Source: an uncultured archaeon (GTDB taxonomy: Archaea; Iainarchaeota; Iainarchaeia; Iainarchaeales; CSSED10-239). Taken from it: a stretch of DNA of 20,050 nucleotides. Below the pieces are notes generated by a model. That model did not search any database. It was not told the DNA's origin and worked only from the letters and a program-made list of their open reading frames with translations. Both the position numbers and the translations under genes were made by a program. Below are positions 10,631 through 18,599 of the stretch, piece by piece. Each line of letters starts with the position of its first letter. The first letter of the stretch is position 1. Location of the stretch: assembly GCA_964496765.1 (NCBI GenBank), contig CAZCAP010000007.1, forward strand, positions 17,759 through 37,808, written 5' to 3'.

Positions 10631-10828
10631 CTACTTTTTAAAAACCTTTATTAGTGGTACAATTACAAATAGAATGAATAATATTAGATAATAATACCAA
10701 TCTAAAGACAGAATTACTGGCCATAATTTTGCTAGCATAAGAGCAAAGAAAAGAACTGATAATTTCACCAAAGATATGTCATACCAATGCATAGTTTTTA
10801 TTTTGTCATCAAAAGATTTAAAACACAT
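10631..10828 (-). CDS. Small membrane protein, unknown function
   Basis: 65-aa ORF with two hydrophobic segments; last host-side ORF before the repeat. Confidence 0.4.
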   Translation of the reverse strand: MCFKSFDDKIKTMHWYDISLVKLSVLFFALMLAKLWPVILSLDWYYYLILFILFVIVPLIKVFKK

Positions 10829-10960
10829 ATAAAATCACCTCAATAAATTAGAATAATCATTTAATTTATAAATCTTTGTTTCAAGCAATTTTAGCAAATT
10901 TTTTGCAATATTTAAATTTTATTCATTTAAACCATCATCTTTTTAATTATTTCTTTTATA

Positions 10961-11251
10961 TTATATAGGATAGTGTTTAAAGCCACTTACAGCAAACTGC
11001 TGACCAGAATTAGAGATGCCTCGAACCAGATTTGGACTGGCGGTCTCCAGATTATGAGTCTGACTTTGACAAGCGTAAGCTGTGTGTAGTGTATAGTCTG
11101 TAGAACCACTGAACAAAGCAACCTTCAACAATTGCCTAACCATTTTAGATATATTAATATGCTTAGCTTTCAAATAATCATACGTATGTTTATCTAAATT
11201 TATTTCAATTCTCTTTAATTCTTGCTCAGATTCAATCTTTTTTTCGGTCAA
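10961..11251 (-). CDS. int(N): N-terminal fragment of a partitioned SSV-type integrase, with RHH-like domain
   Basis: TTG start preceded by AAGGAGG (9-nt spacer). RIEINLDKHTYDYLKAKHINISKMVRQLLKVAL resembles a ribbon-helix-helix domain. The frame enters the att repeat and its stop is supplied by flanking host DNA. Confidence 0.88.
   Translation of the reverse strand: MTEKKIESEQELKRIEINLDKHTYDYLKAKHINISKMVRQLLKVALFSGSTDYTLHTAYACQSQTHNLETASPNLVRGISNSGQQFAVSGFKHYPI
10974..11062. repeat. Left att repeat (89 bp); holds a truncated tRNA 3' fragment on the minus strand at 11017-11062
   Basis: tgtttaaagccacttacagcaaactgctgaccagaattagagatgcctcgaaccagatttggactggcggtctccagattatgagtctg, base-for-base identical to 19957-20045. 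Confidence 0.97.
11176..11191. repeat. AATCATACGTATGTTT, copy 1
   Basis: 16-bp perfect direct repeat with 19868-19883; contains palindrome CATACGTATG; inside int(N). Confidence 0.7.
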
Positions 11252-12149
11252 CTCGTTTCTCCTCCTTAGGGGTTATATTTAGTAATGCTATTAATAATAT
11301 GTCTGTTGGGGTAAACATCTGCAATCCTTTTGGAGTTTCTTTTTGCATAATGTCGGAAGCAAAAATAGCAGATAGCTCAGGAAAATGAATGACATCAATA
11401 TTAGCGATATCCATTATGTCTTTATTATTAATTGACCTCAATATCCAACTTAACAATGCTTCATTATAACTGTTTAATTTTAGATTAAGAGAACATTCTT
11501 CGCAGATTTTTTTAATTGCAGATTTTAAATTTCTTTTTTTAATTGCATTAAATTTAAGATTATTAAACTTCTCTCTTGCAGATTCTAATTGTTCTCCAAA
11601 AAAAGCCCTCCCTAAAAAATCAAAAATACAATTCATTTCATATGCTCTTTTAATCAAATCAAGTATATTATTTTTAAGGTCATAAGAAAATCTAGAGCTT
11701 GGAACACGCCTATAGTTAAAAGTTTTAAAATAGTTATATAAATAATCTTTTTGAACAGCTGTTAGTTTAATACTTGGATAAAGTTCTTCTAACCAGTTCA
11801 ATTTAGGAATATACACCCAATTATTTTTTTTCTTATCAATCCAATTGAGCGTCATTTTATTTTTTACAATAGTATATGGTACTTCCTTATTAACATCCTT
11901 GTCAAATATATACTTGCACACAAAACGTTCTTCAGACCCATAATCAAAAAATAACTTTGTTTTATTTAGGTCATTAAAAACAGTTGAAGATTGTCCACTT
12001 CCTTTAGGATATAATATTGCCTTTATATCTTTTTGGGTAAGCCATTTACCTTCTTCAGACCCATACACAAAAATAGTAAACAATATTTTACTAGAGATGT
12101 CATCTTCTAAAAGTTTTAATATATTTTTATTTTCATTCATTAAATTCAC
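11232..12149 (-). CDS. Unknown protein with probable N-terminal winged-helix/HTH region
   Basis: 305-aa ORF (GTG start); overlaps the int(N) start by 20 bp, suggesting co-transcription; N-terminal WLTQKDIKAILYPKGSGQSSTVFNDLNKTKLF is HTH-like. Confidence 0.6.
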   Translation of the reverse strand: MNLMNENKNILKLLEDDISSKILFTIFVYGSEEGKWLTQKDIKAILYPKGSGQSSTVFNDLNKTKLFFDYGSEERFVCKYIFDKDVNKEVPYTIVKNKMTLNWIDKKKNNWVYIPKLNWLEELYPSIKLTAVQKDYLYNYFKTFNYRRVPSSRFSYDLKNNILDLIKRAYEMNCIFDFLGRAFFGEQLESAREKFNNLKFNAIKKRNLKSAIKKICEECSLNLKLNSYNEALLSWILRSINNKDIMDIANIDVIHFPELSAIFASDIMQKETPKGLQMFTPTDILLIALLNITPKEEKRVDRKKD

Positions 12150-12161
12150 TCATTCATTTAT

Positions 12162-12188
12162 AATACTGCTTTTCTTAAAAACAGTATT
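12162..12188. promoter_or_regulatory. 7-bp perfect inverted repeat AATACTG-N13-CAGTATT in the divergent intergenic region
   Basis: AATACTG 12162-12168 and CAGTATT 12182-12188, just upstream of the 12149 start; related AATACTG at 12263-12269 and CAGTA at 12211-12215 and 12292-12296. Confidence 0.4.
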
Positions 12189-12324
12189 GGACTACTAAAT
12201 TATAAAATTTCAGTAAAATTCTATAGGAATATAACCTTCTTCATACATAAGTTTAATATTTAATACTGCTACAGGTCTAAAAGACTGACACAGTAATATA
12301 ATGTATGCAATGAAAAGTTTTTAA

Positions 12325-12576
12325 ATGGATGTGGGATGCATGAATTTAAATCAAGTTACAGGGTTGCCGATAGGTAGACTCAGAGAGAAATACCTTGTAT
12401 TAATTATAAAAGAACCTAAAAGCTTTATAACAAAATGTAAGTCTCTTGACCTTCCAGTTTATTTTGACCAACAAAAAGTTTATCTTTTTGAGAAGAACAT
12501 CTGTTATTGTTATTTTTATAATAATGATGCTAAGTTTATTCTTGGCGCATTAAAAGGGAGAGGTATAGCTCAATAA
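12325..12576 (+). CDS. Small protein of unknown function
   Basis: 83-aa ORF at the start of the rightward gene group. Confidence 0.5.
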   Translation: MDVGCMNLNQVTGLPIGRLREKYLVLIIKEPKSFITKCKSLDLPVYFDQQKVYLFEKNICYCYFYNNDAKFILGALKGRGIAQ

Positions 12577-12670
12577 GTATGTTACCTATGGGATGTATGT
12601 GACATATGTTTTAAGTTTTATTTTTTATATAGAAAAAAGATAAACTAATAGTAACATTAAGAACAAGTGG

Positions 12671-14245
12671 ATGTGTGGATATATGATTGAAGAAGATAGT
12701 ACTAAATTCTTACTAAGAAGAATGGGTGAGCTTAACAAAGATGGGGCATTAGATAGAAAGTTTGAACAAGAACGATTCGAAAGGGAAGCACTTACAATTA
12801 CTAAAAGAAATGAAAGAGGCTTATCCGATTGGGGAATTGGATATCCATTGGAAGAAGATGGCAGATATTCTATGATAGTCCCTCAATTACAAGATTGGAA
12901 GATGCTACAAGAGAAGTATCTTAAAGACAAGCCACTCCTCTTTGACAATCAACAGATATGGTGGGCTTGGAATCCTAAAGATTGTTGCTGGCAACCTACT
13001 GATGAAACAAGCATATTACTTAATTTTGACCAATCTATTACATTATCTGACCAGCACAACAGCATACAACCTCTTACAAAAAATATAATTTTAGAAGCAC
13101 TTAAACGAGCATCCAGAAAAAATTATGATGAAATAAAACCTATAGAAAAAACATGGGTCGTATTTAAAGATACTATTGTAGATTTGTCTCAAAGTTTAGC
13201 ATTCCCAAATAATCCTAAGTATTTTGCAACTAATGTTATTCCTCAAAATGTTTTAAATTTACAATCCACAGAAACGCCAGTAATAGATAGATTGTTTAGA
13301 GAATGGGTTGGAAATAAATACGTTCCAACACTTTATGAAATTATTGCATATTCAATGTTATCTGATTATCCAATCCATAGACTATTTTGTTTGATTGGCT
13401 CAGGTCGAAATGGAAAATCTACTTTCATTAACTTATTATTAAATTTTATAGGTAATCCAAATAGCACATCTGTTGAATTGGAAACGCTGACAAATAATCC
13501 TTTTACATCCTCAAAGTTATACAAAAAATTAATCTGTCTTGTAGGAGAAACAAACTTTAATTTACTTAGGAATACAGAGATTATTAAAAAATTAACAGGT
13601 CAAGACCCTATCCCTGCTCAATTTAAGCATAAGGGGTTATTTGATTTTAAAAACTTTGCTAAAATAATAATTGCAACAAACTCCTTACCTCAATCCCTTG
13701 ATAAGACTGGTGGATTCTATTCCAGATGGCAAATAATCGATTTTCCAAATCGATTTTCAGAAGTAAAAGATGTTTTAGCTGATATCTCAGAACAAGAATA
13801 TGAAAACTTAGCAAGAAAATGTATTCTTATCCTACAAAAGTTATTAGTAACCAGAAAGTTTACTAATGAAGGAACATTAGAACAGAGAATGCAAATTTAT
13901 GAAGATAAAGCTAATCCTTTACAAAAATTCATTAGAGAATATTATGATTACAATAGTCAAGAATATGTGATTGGATTCGAATTTTATAATCTATTTAGTT
14001 ATTTCTTGAAGAATAATGGAAGTAGGGCATTATCAAGAATAATAGTTACACAAATGCTAAGGGAAGAAGGTATTGAACCAAAAAAAGAGAGAGTAGATTT
14101 TAAAGGGGAAGAAAAGCAATGGGTTGTTTATTGGGGATTGAAATTAAAAAACAAGAATCAAGAGGGATTAAATAAATATATTAACACTACAGAAAATAAT
14201 AAAGAAAAAGTGGGTGATATAAATGCAGGACTTCAAGAATCTTAG
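12671..14245 (+). CDS. SF3 / D5-like (P4-type) replicative helicase
   Basis: Walker A GSGRNGKSTFINLL; LICLVGETNFN; FKNFAKIIIATNSLPQSLDKTGGFYSRWQIIDFPNRF (sensor / arginine-finger pattern of viral and plasmid SF3 helicases). Confidence 0.88.
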   Translation: MCGYMIEEDSTKFLLRRMGELNKDGALDRKFEQERFEREALTITKRNERGLSDWGIGYPLEEDGRYSMIVPQLQDWKMLQEKYLKDKPLLFDNQQIWWAWNPKDCCWQPTDETSILLNFDQSITLSDQHNSIQPLTKNIILEALKRASRKNYDEIKPIEKTWVVFKDTIVDLSQSLAFPNNPKYFATNVIPQNVLNLQSTETPVIDRLFREWVGNKYVPTLYEIIAYSMLSDYPIHRLFCLIGSGRNGKSTFINLLLNFIGNPNSTSVELETLTNNPFTSSKLYKKLICLVGETNFNLLRNTEIIKKLTGQDPIPAQFKHKGLFDFKNFAKIIIATNSLPQSLDKTGGFYSRWQIIDFPNRFSEVKDVLADISEQEYENLARKCILILQKLLVTRKFTNEGTLEQRMQIYEDKANPLQKFIREYYDYNSQEYVIGFEFYNLFSYFLKNNGSRALSRIIVTQMLREEGIEPKKERVDFKGEEKQWVVYWGLKLKNKNQEGLNKYINTTENNKEKVGDINAGLQES

Positions 14246-14573
14246 ATTGTGGCAGTTAGCCAGAGAGTTTGTTAGTGATATATATAAGCTAACAACCACC
14301 TTCCCAAGCCACGAGCTCCACTCTATGACTAACCAGCTCAGAAGAGCAAGTTACAGCATACCCTCAAACATAGCGGAAGGCTCTGGAAAAGGTAGCCAAA
14401 AGGAATTTAAGAGATATTTAAGTATAGTTAGTGGCTCAATAAAAGAGGTAGAATGTTTTTTAATATTAGCAAGGGACTTGAACTACATCAATGAACAACA
14501 ACTGACTGAACTTACCCAAAAGTTAGAAATTATTGGAAAGATGAATAGTAAGTTAACAAATAAATTATACTGA
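14223..14573 (+). CDS. Four-helix bundle protein (S23 / 23S rRNA intervening-sequence protein family)
   Basis: FKNLRLWQLAREFVSDIYKLTTTFPSHELHSMTNQLRRASYSIPSNIAEGSGKGSQKEFKRYLSIVSGSIKEVECFLILARDL, the hallmark pattern of the family; overlaps the helicase 3' end by 23 bp. Confidence 0.92.
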   Translation: MQDFKNLRLWQLAREFVSDIYKLTTTFPSHELHSMTNQLRRASYSIPSNIAEGSGKGSQKEFKRYLSIVSGSIKEVECFLILARDLNYINEQQLTELTQKLEIIGKMNSKLTNKLY

Positions 14574-15710
14574 ATCTTTAGATTCATTAATCTGTGATTT
14601 TATTTTAGGATAATTGTTAACAAAACTATCTTCTCCGAACCAGTGGCTAACTTTTTCAAATAAATTACAAGCCATTTCATCTAAATTAGAATAGTCTTTA
14701 CAGTCGATACCCTCTATTATATAATTTATATCTATCCCAATTAATTTATTTTGATTAGGTAAAATTATGTTTTCAGGATTAACAAAACCAATTTTAAGAG
14801 ATATTTGCGGATTCCTATTAATCTTTTTATAATAACTTCTATAGGATTTTAAAAAGAAACCTAATGATATATACATTGCATCAGAATCCAATTTATATTT
14901 ATTAGATGGGGTTGTTTGCGGAATTGTTCTTATCAATAATAACTCACCTTTATCTAAAAAAGATATGATGCCATTATCACCCATTCTTTTAAATTTGATT
15001 TTTACTCCAAAATAATCTTTATTATAATCTGACAACTCAAACCCACCATTTATAGATGATGTCATGATTCTAATTATCTCAGAACTCAAAAGAAAATTAT
15101 CCATTTCAAAAGCAGGTTGAATAAGAAAAAAGAAAGAAGGACTTATTCCATTAAATTTTAATATAACATTTTCTAAAATAAATTGTTCTCTTTTTTTCAG
15201 AACTTCTCTTAATTCTAATCTATCTTTATATAGATTATATATTTCTCTTTCAGATAATGGTATATATTTACCTTTTACTTGAGTTGATAAACTTCCTATA
15301 GATGTACCTTCTCGCTTATAATAAATATAATCCTTCAGATGCATATGTGGGGCAAGATTACTTCTTGGGATATCAATAATTAAATAAAATAAATTTTGGT
15401 CATCATCTTTTGAAATTTCATATGTTTCATAAAAAACAGTTCCAGAAATCCCGTTTCTTATCCAATCACTAATTTTTCGTTTATACAAATCTAATTTCGC
15501 TTTATCTATCCCTATTAGTACACCCTTATCAGATACTCCAAAAATAATAGAACCCCCTTTTTCAGAATTTGCAAATCCGGAGACGTATTTCATTATTTTA
15601 GTGTTTGCATCTAAATTTATTAAAAATTGCTCATCTTTATATTCAATATCATCTTGTTCGTCATGCTGTACAATTTGTTTTAAATGTTCAAAATCTTTAA
15701 TATAACTCAT
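14565..15710 (-). CDS. AlbA_2 (Schlafen-like) domain protein
   Basis: DIEYKDEQFLINLDANTKIMKYVSGFANSEKGGSIIFGVSDKGVLIGID...IPRSNLAPHMHLKDYIYYKREGTSI matches the AlbA_2 (Schlafen) pattern; convergent 9-bp overlap with the S23 gene. Confidence 0.85.
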   Translation of the reverse strand: MSYIKDFEHLKQIVQHDEQDDIEYKDEQFLINLDANTKIMKYVSGFANSEKGGSIIFGVSDKGVLIGIDKAKLDLYKRKISDWIRNGISGTVFYETYEISKDDDQNLFYLIIDIPRSNLAPHMHLKDYIYYKREGTSIGSLSTQVKGKYIPLSEREIYNLYKDRLELREVLKKREQFILENVILKFNGISPSFFFLIQPAFEMDNFLLSSEIIRIMTSSINGGFELSDYNKDYFGVKIKFKRMGDNGIISFLDKGELLLIRTIPQTTPSNKYKLDSDAMYISLGFFLKSYRSYYKKINRNPQISLKIGFVNPENIILPNQNKLIGIDINYIIEGIDCKDYSNLDEMACNLFEKVSHWFGEDSFVNNYPKIKSQINESKDSV

Positions 15711-15855
15711 AATATCAACTCATATTATATATATTACGATTAGGTTTAAATACATTGTTTTTGAGTTATAATTAATAATTTATTACATCTCATACAATAA
15801 ATTATCTTCCAGTTTCAATTATTGTTTTCGATAAATTACAGAGTTTATAATTGCG

Positions 15856-17238
15856 TTATAAAAAATTAATTTCTATGAAAATTCTATAATCTTTGATTAA
15901 TGTGTGCGAGGACTTATACACTATAAAACAATTGTAACAATTATTTTTTATAGCATTAATAAGTTTTGATTTATTTTCAAAATTTTTAGCAATATATCCC
16001 AAAAGTTTACCTTCATACAATATTTTGATTGCTGTCGAATCATATTTGTTAGTAGGTTCATATTTTAATATCAAATTACTCTTATCTAAAATTGAATCTA
16101 AATAATTCACGGTTAAATCTCTATATTGAATTCCTTTAATTATAGTTATGTGAGACAATGGTATTCTTTCTGGTGTAATATTATTAATTTTTAATAAAAT
16201 ATATTTAATATTTGATTTAAATTTAATGAATTCATTAAACCAATATTTTTGAAGCACAGATAATTGGTCTGTTTGTGATTTAACTTCTACAAAATATACT
16301 TTATTTTCTTTTTTATTGTATATAAATAAATCAGGCATACCTGCAGTGTGAGTTGCCAAAAAAGTAATGGTTTTATTTGGTAACTTATCAACACATCTTT
16401 TTAATTCATTATCAGAAATAGCTAACGTTGAAAACACATTCTCTAGTGTTTGATTATTGGAAATAACAGAATAAATTGCTAAATATTTATTATTTTTATA
16501 ATATTCAATTGCATAATCTTCTAAATTACATATTTTATTACTGTATTCAACCAGAAATTTACTTCTAAACCATTCTTTGTTTATTCCAACATATTTAATA
16601 GTTATGATTTCAGATTTAATTAATTTTTTATTTTTTTCAAAAGTGTTAAGTATTTCTGCTTCATTTTCAAATTGTATACTAAAATTTAAATCAAAATTAA
16701 TATCTATTTTACCATTATCAAAAGGTAGTTGATTACGTTTTTGTTTAATATTTTCTGTAAATATTAAATTGCCTTTTTTATACTTTTCTTTGATATAATT
16801 TATATCTTTTTCAAGAGTAATTGACTTATCTATAAAATTTTTTCTTTTATTATTTATAACATTCCCAAAATCAGTAATGTACTCAATTTTATCTTCATTA
16901 ATAGGATATTTTTTTACAAATGGTTTAATGGTTATATTTTTTGATTCGTTCTCAATTTTTAGTGATAATTGGTTATTTTGTCTTACTAATACATCTTCTT
17001 GTTCCTGTTGTTGTTTTTGTTTTTCTAATCTGTCTTTTTGCTTTTGCTTTTCAGAGTTTTTATATTTAATAAACTCTTTAATTGATGCAATTAATATTGA
17101 AGGTCCAATAAATATTAACCAAAATAAAACCCAACTGCTGTGGTTTAATCCTACAACTGCACCAATAGTTAACCCAAAGAATAATAATACCAAATATACC
17201 CCGAACATTTCCATATCAATTACCAATTTATTAAACAC
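15856..17238 (-). CDS. Membrane-anchored protein with VRR-NUC nuclease domain and C-terminal HIRAN domain
   Basis: Two N-terminal hydrophobic helices, K/Q/E-rich coiled coil, then AGMPDLFIYNKKENKVYFVEVKSQTDQLSVLQKYWF (VRR-NUC PD-(E/D)xK) and LKYEPTNKYDSTAIKILYEGKLLGYIA (HIRAN). Confidence 0.82.
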   Translation of the reverse strand: MFNKLVIDMEMFGVYLVLLFFGLTIGAVVGLNHSSWVLFWLIFIGPSILIASIKEFIKYKNSEKQKQKDRLEKQKQQQEQEDVLVRQNNQLSLKIENESKNITIKPFVKKYPINEDKIEYITDFGNVINNKRKNFIDKSITLEKDINYIKEKYKKGNLIFTENIKQKRNQLPFDNGKIDINFDLNFSIQFENEAEILNTFEKNKKLIKSEIITIKYVGINKEWFRSKFLVEYSNKICNLEDYAIEYYKNNKYLAIYSVISNNQTLENVFSTLAISDNELKRCVDKLPNKTITFLATHTAGMPDLFIYNKKENKVYFVEVKSQTDQLSVLQKYWFNEFIKFKSNIKYILLKINNITPERIPLSHITIIKGIQYRDLTVNYLDSILDKSNLILKYEPTNKYDSTAIKILYEGKLLGYIAKNFENKSKLINAIKNNCYNCFIVYKSSHTLIKDYRIFIEINFL

Positions 17239-17374
17239 AATTCAATAAAAATAAACTTATCTAATTAGTTTTATTTAAATCTAATCTTATCAGTTACTTT
17301 TGCAATATAGTCAGTAACTTCTCTTCCTTTAATTCTTATTTCTACTAGATATTTTTTATTTTTAAAATTTGAAA

Positions 17375-18487
17375 TTATTGTATTGCAATTACTTTTGAAG
17401 TAGTTGCAATAATATTTTGGTCAGCACCTGTTCTTAAATCCACTTTCAATACATATTGCCCTTCAGATAAAGTTAACAGTCCTTTATTGACATCATTTCT
17501 ATCATAACCAATTAGATAATCTGACTGTGACCCATTATACTGGGCAGGAATTGAATGTAAATCAAAAGGTGCATTTATATCTTTATTTACAATGACCCCT
17601 TCTTTTAAAATAGAAACATCAAAATTTGGATTAGATAATTTGAAAAAACCATTATTTTTAATGTTAATTTTAAAAACTATAAGAACACAATCACCTGATT
17701 CTTCAAAACAACGAGGAGTATAATCTATAATAGACAATTCAACAACAGGATTTGGAGTCATTTCTTTTATTACATTAGATTTAGGAATCTGCTCTTGAAA
17801 TAATTTTATATATGATTTAATATCTTCTTTAATTGGGATAATATCAAAGTTAAAAATAGAGTTAAATAAATCTGTTTGGTCACTAGTATAATTATTTAAT
17901 CGAGTTAATTCAGTATTATTTACTGTAACTGTTTGATTTAAAAGTTCTAACTGTGTATCAATATCTTCAACAGATTCTAATTTATTATAAATTGCATTTA
18001 TATTTTCTGAAAAATTATCTGCACTATAAATAAAATCCACAAATTCTTTGTAAATATCCATATTATAATCATTACTTAATTTAGTTACTGCTTTATTCAT
18101 TTGTTCGACTCTAGTTTTTCTAATATCGTAATTTGTGGTGATATCATAAATATCATTGGATTCAAGATTAATTGAAAGCCATGCTGAAAGCATATCTTTA
18201 TACTCTTTCGTTTCTTCTAATTTTAATTTAACACAAGTATTAATATTTTGATTATTTTGTTGTAATTCTTTACATACAAAAAACGTATCACAAGGAACAT
18301 CCAAACAACAATTTTCTTGTGTTTCTCCTTTTTCTAGGATATTATTTCCACAAATTGCTTTAGAACTCGGTTTGGAAAATTTATCTGCATTGCTTAAACT
18401 ATTAAATAAAATAAATAATATAATTCCAACTAAAATTACAGCCCCAACAATTATACCAATCAATTTTAAATTTTTATTTTTAGCCAC
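17375..18487 (-). CDS. Single-TM-anchored, probably extracytoplasmic protein with N-proximal Cys motif
   Basis: GTG start with GAGGGG upstream; TM segment LIGIIVGAVILVGIILFILF, then CGNNILEKGETQENCCLDVPC; C-terminal beta-rich region (VVELSIIDYTPRCFEESGDCVLIVFKINIKNNGFF). Confidence 0.65.
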   Translation of the reverse strand: MAKNKNLKLIGIIVGAVILVGIILFILFNSLSNADKFSKPSSKAICGNNILEKGETQENCCLDVPCDTFFVCKELQQNNQNINTCVKLKLEETKEYKDMLSAWLSINLESNDIYDITTNYDIRKTRVEQMNKAVTKLSNDYNMDIYKEFVDFIYSADNFSENINAIYNKLESVEDIDTQLELLNQTVTVNNTELTRLNNYTSDQTDLFNSIFNFDIIPIKEDIKSYIKLFQEQIPKSNVIKEMTPNPVVELSIIDYTPRCFEESGDCVLIVFKINIKNNGFFKLSNPNFDVSILKEGVIVNKDINAPFDLHSIPAQYNGSQSDYLIGYDRNDVNKGLLTLSEGQYVLKVDLRTGADQNIIATTSKVIAIQ

Positions 18488-18530
18488 ATTTACCCCTCAC
18501 TGTATATTATAACTATTTACCATAACATTT

Positions 18531-18551
18531 TTAACTTAATCCTTAACTTAA
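18531..18551. promoter_or_regulatory. Tandem TTAACTTAA motif, candidate operator
   Basis: TTAACTTAA at 18531-18539 and 18543-18551 (12-bp spacing), in the divergent region between 18487 (minus) and 18600 (plus, wHTH). Confidence 0.35.
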
Positions 18552-18599
18552 CTCAGAGCTTGTTATTGGTTATTATATTTCGAAGTCAGTAATAGTATT

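Noticed and set aside
11017-11062. Left-copy tRNA-like sequence as a second functional tRNA gene
   Set aside because: It has only the anticodon arm to the 3' end. Upstream sequence (GTCAAAGT...) gives no D arm or 5' acceptor strand, and the top anticodon-stem pair is T-G.
10961-12149. RHH ORF plus the 305-aa ORF as a toxin-antitoxin pair
   Set aside because: The RHH ORF joins the integrase in frame across att with exact codon arithmetic, which explains it better than an antitoxin; the neighbour has no recognisable toxin motifs.
14223-14573. S23 protein as Avd of a diversity-generating retroelement
   Set aside because: There is no reverse transcriptase ORF in any frame of the track and I saw no template/variable repeat pair.
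15711-15855. TATATATATTA-rich gap as a special repeat
   Set aside because: This is ordinary for an AT-rich archaeal promoter region; I could not separate it from background.
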